A stretch of 64,000 nucleotides of DNA, taken from assembly GCA_030390025.1 (NCBI GenBank), contig CM059432.1, positions 4,030,001-4,094,000 of the forward strand, written 5' to 3'. The translations under genes and the position numbers were made by a program. Shown one piece after another: positions 24,001-32,030 of this stretch; the first letter of the stretch is position 1, and each line of letters opens with the position of its first letter. Origin of the DNA: Squalus acanthias. Lineage: Eukaryota. The notes below the pieces were generated by a model that saw only the letters and a list, made by a program, of their open reading frames with translations, had not been told where the DNA came from and made no database searches.

Positions 24001-25548
24001 GAGCAGCACAGCGCTCAAGCTGTCCCCGCTGGCAGCTACCTCCAGGAAAAACTCCTTCCCCCCATCTATGGCCCCTAAAGCTGGCGCGGTCTGCAGATCC
24101 CTTTTTAACTTCTCGAAGGCTGCTTGGCAGCCCTCGTCCCAAGACCGCTCCACTCCCTTATGGAGGAGTCGGAGGAGCGGCGCCGCTGTGGCCGCATAGT
24201 CTTCGATAAAATCCCTGCAGTAACCGGTCAGTCCCAAGAAGGACCTCACACCCCTTATGGTGTTGGGAATCGGTAACTCTTGCACCGACTCCCTCCTAGC
24301 CTTATCTATGGCTCTTTCCCCAGCGCGAATGGTCAGCCCCAGGAATTTTACTTCCTGCTGACCGATACGTGCTTTCTTAGGATTTACTTTAAAACCCTTT
24401 CTCGCTAGCAGCTCCAATAACTCGGCCAGCAGTGGTCCATGCTCCTCCCTTGAGTCCGTAAATAGGAGCAAATCATCCACGTACTGCACTATCTGATTGG
24501 GCTGACTAAACTCCTTTAAACTTCCTGCCATACACTGATGGAAAATACTGGGGCTGTTGTGGAAACCCTGTGGCAGACAGTTCCATGTGTACTGTTGTCC
24601 TTTGAAAGTAAAGGCAAACTTGTACTGGTCCTCTCGCCGCAGCGGGATGGACCAAAAACCGTTCGAGATATCCAGCACCGTGAACGTGGTCGCGGACGCT
24701 GGGATACTCCCTATTAGGTCAGCAACTGCTGCTACCGTGGGCGCGCAGGCGGGAATGTTACTGTTAAGGACTCTGTAGTCCACCGTGGCCCTCCACGAAT
24801 TATCCGGCTTCCTAACCGGCCATAATGGGGAGTTCACGTGTGTGGCTATTGGCCTCAACACGCCCTGCTGCACCAAGGAGGACATTGCTGTCTCCATATC
24901 GGGTTCTGCTTCTTTGGGGAAGTTATACTGTTTTTGGGGCCGGGTCATGGGGTCCCCATCTACGCTGACCTCAAACCCGGTAACCCTCCCACAATCGTGC
25001 TTGTGGGTTGCAAACGCGTGCATATTATCTGACACGTACGCTTGCATGTCCGTTGGGACATCTGCGACCATGAGCCCAAGGTCGTAGCCTCCGGATGGCT
25101 GCATGGTACACAGGACCCCTGTTTCTTCCTCCCCCGGAATTACCACTACCTCGCCTTCTTCAATCTTAGCCCCCCAGAGACAGTGATTTCTGAGGTCCAC
25201 GAGGATCCCGTGTCCTGATAGGAGATCGGACCCGAGGATACCTCTTCCACCCCCCTCCTGCCATTCCATCAGTATGCACTTCCACTTGATGTGAAGTGCT
25301 CCCAAACGAATGGATAGCGGAAGGGAGAACGCGCCAGCCTGTTCTTTTCCCGTGAACCCCGCTAATGTGAATGGGACCTTGGTAGATAGCGGCGAGTCAA
25401 AAGGGCTATCTGTATGAATCACGGTGCAAGAAGCTCCCGTGTCCAACAAATAACTGCCCTTCTGTTTCTCTACCTCCATTTCCACCAGGGGTCGCTTCCA
25501 CGCATCATAGCTGAGCGGACACAGGTAGACGGGCTGCGCGGGCTCTAG
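21022..25548 (-). CDS. pol: Pol (protease, RT, RNase H-like tether, RNase H, integrase, C-terminal extension), 1508 codons in frame with gag
   Basis: Protease RPLV...LLDTGA (DTG 25435-25443). RT LDISNGF/LPQGF/YVDD (24472-24483). RNase H YVDGSS/AELSA/SDS/HKVKAH/QADALA. IN HHCC, IDYIG/SDQG/VERMN and GPY. No stop between the gag TGA and the listed GTG start at 25485. Confidence 0.95.
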   Translation of the reverse strand, partial: LEPAQPVYLCPLSYDAWKRPLVEMEVEKQKGSYLLDTGASCTVIHTDSPFDSPLSTKVPFTLAGFTGKEQAGAFSLPLSIRLGALHIKWKCILMEWQEGGGRGILGSDLLSGHGILVDLRNHCLWGAKIEEGEVVVIPGEEETGVLCTMQPSGGYDLGLMVADVPTDMQAYVSDNMHAFATHKHDCGRVTGFEVSVDGDPMTRPQKQYNFPKEAEPDMETAMSSLVQQGVLRPIATHVNSPLWPVRKPDNSWRATVDYRVLNSNIPACAPTVAAVADLIGSIPASATTFTVLDISNGFWSIPLRREDQYKFAFTFKGQQYTWNCLPQGFHNSPSIFHQCMAGSLKEFSQPNQIVQYVDDLLLFTDSREEHGPLLAELLELLARKGFKVNPKKARIGQQEVKFLGLTIRAGERAIDKARRESVQELPIPNTIRGVRSFLGLTGYCRDFIEDYAATAAPLLRLLHKGVERSWDEGCQAAFEKLKRDLQTAPALGAIDGGKEFFLEVAASGDSLSAVLLQERHGKLRPVVYSSRVLTDVERSFSNCERHLLATHWAVKRSAIFTGLSPITLLTQHTPTKMLLDGRIKDGTVSSVRIARWTLLLSQLDLRVKGLCEPRLAANLVYPGTAHRCSVEGVWDVNIGLRAGIHPTGREIYVDGSSTVSAGERLTGCGVYDPAANLALAIKLPSTMSAQQAELSAVVYVVTHPDIFPTPYTICSDSMFTCNSCTEYLAIWSRRGYTSADGRPLTVKPLLEKILAAVGEEGEIFIHKVKAHSSTEPRGEGNQQADALAREGARNGIFWDPYGTRPMAAIQGRDGNPGNSRVALPLDLKTVQTQDPALKAVLKTIAEGKQVEGPYSTATLSVREGMLFREEQWVVPQQHRREFLQLAHEGPGAGHPGPEVTWQRVEQAGWWPGLREQVREFCANCLVCAANNPDPQKRKVPMGHVRRVEGPWQSIQIDYIGPLPTTQGGYKYCLVLVDVFSKWVEAFPCRTATALGTAKILVREVFSRWGLPCFVESDQGSHFTGQVMQNTLMLLGIEGKWHVAHNPQSSGIVERMNRTLKEKLRKETRNSPQKWAEVLPLVLMGVRASQSKSTGYSPHEVMTGRLMRTPTHVLAPVLTEGQLQEISRDKFAQTLLERLKQVYEQAAGNMGRQHQGNRLLLEPRKTREWEVGDQVMVRNYARVGSLEPLYMGPYNIVDKASPMVYAVKIPWRTKWFHVNQCKLYKPGAQGKTTGAKPASGDSQPQVGPQGTQAGKAACIRGGDILVNCETFLWGWESDEGEFPELESDEDSDEDEWESGNARVAPDSGIGRTGAADRDPHRVDTEAAGPEHRREELGEAEPAAVRPQGVTAETSEPEPPALNVLPSGEVGIAREGPPAGPSRAVPQAASPEVREAESGEAEPATVVGPQVVPVKVSKPGPSVLGFLPPTTPRRSSRAPQPRKMWSWPQTAPRRRLKVKAAQVGPSPIAAATGCGRSKEGVSAATGCGRSKDGVSALPPSGRARSSLLRI

Positions 25549-27357
25549 TCATTGGGTATGGTTAGACGGGCCTGCGGCACCTACGGGGCCGGTCGCAACC
25601 GCCACCTTTCCATGTGCACTCATAAAGTTGCGCATGGCTCCCAACACTGTTTCGAGGTCGTCGGGAGGGGTGGGTGCACTAGCTTCCCTAACAGAGACAG
25701 GCATCTGGGCTCGGGCTGCGGGATTTTTATCCCTGGAATCCTTCCAAGGGTTCCTGCAGTTCTTGCGCCAGTGCCCTGTCCTCCCACACCCGTAACAAGC
25801 ATTACTTGCCTGCGGGGCGCGGTTACCCTCCTGATGCCACTCCTTTTGAGCCGGGGCTGCGGGTTGTACCTCATGTACTTTTCCCTTAAGGGGACGTGTT
25901 CCCATACCCCTTATATTGCGGTATCCTACCGTGAGTCGATTTAAGACCGACTCTTCCGTAATGTTGGGGTCAGTGGGATCAAACCACGCTTTTGCCTGCT
26001 CTCTGACGGCTGGCAAACTGTTGGCTACTATACACCTGAGCCAATGAGTTAAACCGACGCCGTCCACAGCGTCGCGCTCCGGCGCACCTGGACAGCTGCG
26101 CTGATATACTGGCCACAGCCTGTTGGCAAAAACCTTCGGGGGTTCTCCCTCCATCTGCACTGTCTGTCCCACTCTAACAAACGGACCTTCATCGTCCGTC
26201 CCCAACACTTCTAGGACCTCATTTTTTAATGCCTCATAGGTCTTGGTTCCCCTCTTGCTCTCGTCCGAGAGACACTGAAGGATTGAACTGCCTAACGAAA
26301 ATAACAGCATTTTTGCTGTTTCCCCATCGTCGCAGCCGTTAATGGCTGCGGTTTGCTCAACTTCTCTAAAATGTACGGAAGGGTCGTCTGACTCGGTCAG
26401 CTTCCGTACGTGATTTATCATAACTCTCAGCTGGTGTGAGCTGTGAGGCAACACAAGCTGGTTGAGGAGAACCCCTGGTTCCTCCCCACCGTTTCTGTTT
26501 GGGCCCCTTTTTATACCCGTAACTGGACACAACGGTCCCTTTTCCACTTCTTCCTCAGTGGGCTCTTTCGTTTCTTCTACTACTTCCTCCCTTACCCAGG
26601 TTTCCGAATAGCTGGGTGGCGCGGAGGGCGTAGTGGCTAATACTTCCTTTGCTTTACTTGGTGGGAATTTCTGAGACTCCTCATCTACTAGCGGCTGGTG
26701 TGCTGACGGACTGATAAGGCACACCATGCCGTGCGCTTTGTTCACGGCCCTTTTAAGGTGTTCTATCTCCTTTTGGCAGACGCTATGATCGGCCCCCTGA
26801 AATTTATCCTCAAGGGCCATCTTATATGCCGCCCTAACCCCCGTTAAGCTCTCTTCCTGGGCTCTTATTTGGGCAGCTTGGCGGGCACATCGTTCCTTTA
26901 GTCTGCCCTCACTTAACTTTGCCTCAGTGACCTGACACTCGAGGTCATCTATTTTTGCTTTATGGTGACTGGTGATTTCCTGGCGTTCTCGGTGCAGCGC
27001 ACTTAAATTCCTAATGAGCAACTCCCCTCCAGAGACCTTCTCATCCATTTCCTCCTCTAAATGCCTGATCCGAGCAGTTTGCGCTGTAATGACCTGGTTT
27101 GAAATCTGGACCTGCCTTTTGTAACACATTAACCAGACTGCTTTCTTGACTGTATTTTTATGTTCCTTACTATCTATCCACCTCTCGGCTGCCTCTAGTG
27201 GACACTTATCCGCTAACAGGTCACTTATCCATTTCTTAGTTAGATTTACCTTTCCGAACACATAATCTGCTATCTTTTCCTGCATAACATTTCGTACATT
27301 CACACCAAAGTCTAACACACTACCCTCTCGCTGCCAGTGTCCTGCCGCGGTCGCCAT
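25549..27357 (-). CDS. gag: Gag polyprotein, 602 aa
   Basis: Intact ORF with ATG in AAAATGG context; coiled-coil-like N-terminal half; PSAPPSY late-domain motif (26608-26628); CCHC knuckle CYGCGRTGHWRKNC (25756-25797); ends TGA. Confidence 0.92.
   Translation of the reverse strand: MATAAGHWQREGSVLDFGVNVRNVMQEKIADYVFGKVNLTKKWISDLLADKCPLEAAERWIDSKEHKNTVKKAVWLMCYKRQVQISNQVITAQTARIRHLEEEMDEKVSGGELLIRNLSALHRERQEITSHHKAKIDDLECQVTEAKLSEGRLKERCARQAAQIRAQEESLTGVRAAYKMALEDKFQGADHSVCQKEIEHLKRAVNKAHGMVCLISPSAHQPLVDEESQKFPPSKAKEVLATTPSAPPSYSETWVREEVVEETKEPTEEEVEKGPLCPVTGIKRGPNRNGGEEPGVLLNQLVLPHSSHQLRVMINHVRKLTESDDPSVHFREVEQTAAINGCDDGETAKMLLFSLGSSILQCLSDESKRGTKTYEALKNEVLEVLGTDDEGPFVRVGQTVQMEGEPPKVFANRLWPVYQRSCPGAPERDAVDGVGLTHWLRCIVANSLPAVREQAKAWFDPTDPNITEESVLNRLTVGYRNIRGMGTRPLKGKVHEVQPAAPAQKEWHQEGNRAPQASNACYGCGRTGHWRKNCRNPWKDSRDKNPAARAQMPVSVREASAPTPPDDLETVLGAMRNFMSAHGKVAVATGPVGAAGPSNHTQ
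27339..27356 (-). promoter_or_regulatory. Primer-binding site, tRNA-Arg(UCG)
   Basis: TGGCGACCGCGGCAGGAC is the 18-nt complement of the vertebrate tRNA-Arg(UCG) 3' end ...GTCCTGCCGCGGTCG-CCA (tRNA sequence recalled, not searched); it lies 5 nt downstream of the 5' LTR. Confidence 0.85.
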
Positions 27358-27361
27358 TTTC

Positions 27362-29058
27362 TGTAAGGGTTTTTGTCTCTCAGCCTGTGAGATTCGTGTG
27401 GCTCTGTGCAGCCCGGATGCTAGTGCGGGTTTAGGCCTTGTTGCCTGTTCTGGTCTCCAGCCAGTCTGGGAGCACTAGACACACCTGTGAGTGGTTCGAC
27501 CCACTCGCCCTTACGGTTCTAGACACTGGACTTAGATGCGAGAGCAGTAATGGAGATGAAACTCAGGTAGACTCGGTTGAATGGTCCGAAATGGAAAATC
27601 TTTATTGCATATTATTTAAGATTACGAAATACATGTCATAAGCACAGATTAATGACAGTACAATCTTACACGCAGTTATGTAATTAATTTCAGGGAAACG
27701 AGGAACGAACGACACATCGTAAATGGGGGCACACATTACAATTATCCTTAATACTTAAAACCCTCCCCTATCAATATCTGTCCTAAGCTAGATTCGTAGG
27801 ATTCGAGACTCATGCTCACCACTCGTGATAACTCGGAGAATTCCGAAAACTCTGATCGGATGTTTTTCACCGCAGCGCCCACGTGTCGATCAGGGGGTCT
27901 CCTGGCCCCACTTGTTTACTCGTTTCTGCTCCGGCTAGCAGGCTGGAACGTCTGCTGTCATGAAGATCTGTGTTGTCCTCGGAGTTCCGACTATACTCAA
28001 AAAAGAGTCTTCCTGTGCCCTCACACCGGTTCGATAAAATTCGAAAAATAGTCTTCCTGTGTCAGTTTTGTAGAACTCAAAGAAGTCTTCCTGGCAAGGA
28101 AAATGTCTATTCGACCTACAGGCGCGGTCGGAGCTTACTGACCGTGGCGATAAGTATGGTCTTCTTCTCTTCTCATCTCATCTCATCTCATCTCATCTCA
28201 TCTCATCTCGGGCCTTCGGTTCCAACACCGTTTACCGACTTATCGGGATGGTGTGCCCGCTTCAAGGCTTCAGAGCCCAGTTCTACACAGGTCTTCGCGA
28301 CACGACACGAAGTAGATCCGAGCGGATCATAAAGTTCAACAGTCTTTTGAAAAAAGACACGAGGCAAGCAGGAACAAGACGGCGAGTCAAGAGCAGCCAC
28401 GAGGATAAACACCAGCAAGATAAGAGAAAGATGGACGGTTGGAGCTTGTAATTATAGTGCAAAATCTTCTGTTTCCCGCCCAACCTTAATGTCTTTCCTT
28501 TTGTTAGGGTTTGGCGCTCAAATGTCTTGTATAGGGTGATCTTCGTTTTAATGGGTTTCGGGGCTACTCGTAAATGTCTGAGTACCTGTTAATATTTCTC
28601 CCATTGTTTAATCGGTCGGTGTTCTCCCTGGAGGGGTTTTGGGGCTTCCAAATGTTTTCTGTAACTACCCGCTAACGGCTCTCTCATCGTAGAGTCGTTG
28701 GGATTTTACATATTAATGTCTTTGGATGGGTTCTTGATTACTTGGTACAACAGCCCTCATTCGCACCTGGGAGACCGATTTCAGTATTTATGTGTATACT
28801 GTGAACCCATGATGTCTCGTGTATTATCTTCAATGTGCTGAGTCTTAATCGATCTTGCACAAATGTTTATTGGAACGCCATCTTGTCTGCCTGTCGAAAA
28901 GTCTAGAATGTTCTGCCACGAGGCGTGGCGGCCATTTTACAAGCTGCTTGTGTCCACTTTGAAAACCTGACAGCATTCTGCTGAAATAAAAGCTGTTTGA
29001 ACGAAACTATTTCTTTTTCTCCTTATTAATAAAATCGCGATATATTGCGAATTCTACA
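27362..29058 (-). repeat. 5' LTR (1697 bp)
   Basis: Minus-strand termini TGTAGAATT...CCCTTACA; direct repeat of 16208-17899; followed by the PBS; (ATCTC)7 at 28175-28209. Confidence 0.96.
28449..28481 (-). promoter_or_regulatory. Candidate LTR core promoter (GC box plus TATA-like)
   Basis: GGGCGG (28476-28481) then TATAATTA (28449-28456); same arrangement conserved in the diverged solo LTR (34222-34227, 34248-34252). Confidence 0.5.
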
Positions 29059-29769
29059 TTCTTCGGCAGCATGTCCCAAACCTGCGACCTCTTCCACCTA
29101 GAAGGACAAGGGCAGCAGGCGCATGGGAACACCACCACCTCCAAGTTCCCCTCCAAGTCACACACCATCCTGACTTGGAAATATATCGGCCGATCCTTCA
29201 TCATCACTGGGTCAAAATCCTGGAACTCCCTCCCTAACAGCACTGTGGGAGTACCTTCACCACACGGACTGCAGCGGTTCAAGAAGGTGGCTCACCACCA
29301 CCTTCGCAAGGGCAATTAGGGACGGGCAGTAAATGCTGGCCTTGCTAGCAATGCCCACATCCCATAAACGAATAAAAAAAACACTCCAGTGCCGTACTGA
29401 GGGAGTGCTGCACTGTCGGAGGTGCCGTCTTTCAGATGAGACGTTAAACCGAGGCCCCGTCCGCTCTCCCAGGTGGACGCAAACAATCCCAGGGCCACTA
29501 TTTCAAAGAAGAGCAGCGATTCTGGGCCAATGTTTGTCCCTCAACCAGCACCACTAAAACAGATTATCGGTGCATTATCTCATTGCTGTCTGTGGGAGCT
29601 TACTGGCTGCTGCGGTTCTTGCATTACAACGGTGACCGCACTTCAAAACGTACTTCATTGGCTGTAAAGAGCTTGGGGACGTCCTGAGGTTGTGAAAGGT
29701 GCTGTGTGGGTGCAAGTTTTTCTCTTTTGTTTTCTTTTACCAAACAGCTGTTAGCCAGAGCAGTACAAT

Positions 29770-30390
29770 GAGTACAGGAGTAAAGAAGTCTTACTGCAAT
29801 TATACAGGGCCTTGGTGAGACCACACCTGGAGTACTGTGTACAATTTTGGTCTCCTTACCTAAGGAAGGATATACTTGCCATAGAGGGAGTGCAACGAAG
29901 GTTCACGAGATTGATTCTTGGGATGGCGGGACTGTCGTACGAGCAGAGATTAAGTAAACTAGGCCTGTATTCTCTTGAATTCAGAAGAATGAGAGGGGAT
30001 CTCATTGAAGCATACAAAATTATTACAGGGCTTGATAGGATGGATGCTGGGAGAATGTTTCCCTTGGCTGGGGAGTCTAGAACCAGGGGCCACAGCCTCA
30101 GGATAAAGGGTAGGCCATTCAGGACTGAGATGAGAAGAAATTTCTTCACACAGAGGGTGGTGAATTTTTGGAGTTCTCTACCCCAGAGGGCTGTGGAGGC
30201 TCAGTCATTGGGTATATTCAAAACAGAAGTCGATAGATTTCTGACTAGTGAGGGCATCAAGGGATATGGCGATAGGGCCGGTGAATGGAGTTGAGGCAGA
30301 AGATCAGCCATGATCTCATTGAATGGCGGAGCAGGCTCGAAGGGCTGAATGCTCGACTCCTGCTCCTATTTCTTATGTTCTTATGTTGTA
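29770..30390 (+). mobile_element. CR1 3' fragment
   Basis: [14 protein letters not shown]...; (TTCTTATG)n tail. Confidence 0.85.
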
Positions 30391-31239
30391 ATAATATAAG
30401 AACTAGCTGCAATATGGCAGCTTGGTAGCTGCATTGCGCACGGAACGATACCTTGATACCGTCATCCCGAGCTTGTAATTTAGTTCAAATTCTGCTACAA
30501 AAGAGGAGCTGAGTGGCAGAACATCGCTCTTCCAGCTTTGGGATCTGGAAACATAGAAACACAGAAAAATAGGAGCAGGAGTCGGCCATTCGGCCCTTCA
30601 CGCCTGCTCCGCCATTCAATATGATCATGGCTGATCCTCTATCTCAATACCATATTCCCGCTCTCTCCCATACCCCTTGGCGCCTTTTGCGTCTAGAAAT
30701 TAATCTATCTGGGTTAATCCAGCTGGGACACACAAGATAAACATTGCTTTGTACTTTTTTTTTTATCACTGTTGTTACACCTCACGCACGAACTAAGTTG
30801 GTATCTCAATTTTATCCACACTGACTTTTTTTAAATGTATCGCACTTTACTGTTCTTTATTATCACCGTGTCACAACCATGAGGTATAGTGGCTCTCGGG
30901 TGCTTACCGAACCGAGGATACTTTGTGAGATCTGTGGAAAGTCAAGGAGAGATCTGTGATGCGATGTGGCAACATTCTACCTTTTGATACAGCTGCACTA
31001 ATGTGCGGGATAGTGAGAGGAAAAAAACAACCATCGCTGTAAGATTAAAACAAAAATAAGGATGTATGTGTGCTGAAGATTTCTATTCTCTGAAATTTTC
31101 GTAGTGAGTATTGATTACTATGTCAGCAAATGAGTTGGAGGTGGGGCAGGATTTACGGCAGAACTCACGGCAAACAGAGTCTATTTACTCAGCAAACAGC
31201 AAATAGAATCTATGTAAACAGCGCACTACAGCAAATAGT

Positions 31240-32030
31240 CTTTTTTTTTCATTCGTTCACGGGATGTGGGCGTCACTGGCAAGGCCAGCATTTATTGCCC
31301 ATCCCTAATTGCCCTCGAAAAGGTGGTGGTGAGCCACCTTCTTGAACCGCTCCAGTCCGTGTGGTGAAGATACTCCCACAGTGCTGTTAGGGAGGGAGTT
31401 CCAGGATTTTGACCCAGCGACGATGAAGGATCGGCCGATATATTTCCAAGTCAGGATGGTGTGTGACTTGGAGGGGAACTTGGAGGTGGTGGTGTTCCCA
31501 TGCGCCTGCTGCCCTTGTCCTTCTAGGTGGAAGAGGTCGCGGGTTTGGGAGGTGCTGCCGAAGAAGCCTTGGCGAGTTGTTACAGCTCATCTTGTAGATG
31601 GTACACACTGCAGCCACGGTGCACCGGTGGTGGAGGGAGTGAATGTTTAAGGTGGTGGATGGGGTGCCAATTAAGCGGGCTGCTTTGTTCTGGATGGTGT
31701 CGAGTTTCTTGAGTGTTGTTGGAGCTGCACTCATCCAGGCAAGTGGAGAGTATTCCATCACACTCCTGACTTGTGCCTTGTAGATGGTGGAAAGGCTTTG
31801 GGGAGTCAGGAGGTGAGAAACTCGCCACAGAATACCCAGCCTCTGACCTGCTCTTGTGGATACAGTATTTATGTGGCTGGTCCAGTTAAGTTTCTGGTCA
31901 ATGGTGACCCCCAGGATGTTGATGGTGGGGGATTCAGCGATGGTAATGCCGTTGAATGTCAAGGGGCAGTGGTTAGACTCTCCCTTGTTGGAGATAGTCA
32001 TTGCCTGGCACTCGTGTGGCGTGAATGTTA
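31240..32030 (-). mobile_element. Family B LINE 3' fragment
   Basis: ORF 31387-32001 matches other copies; T-run tail at about 31241. Confidence 0.85.

Larger units (their letters stand above)
16208..29058 (-). mobile_element. Full-length endogenous retrovirus (lokiretrovirus-like): LTR-gag-pol-env-LTR
   Basis: Paired TG...CA LTRs. TSD TTCT at 16204-16207 and 29059-29062 restores the interrupted LINE sequence GGCTTCTTCGGCAGC. PBS, PPT and gag, pol and env ORFs lie in retroviral order. Confidence 0.96.
15882..29380 (+). mobile_element. Family B LINE 3' fragment split by the provirus (15882-16207 and 29059-29380)
   Basis: The reading ...HCSNSPRLL|RQH... resumes after the TSD; poly(A) end near 29380. 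Confidence 0.88.
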
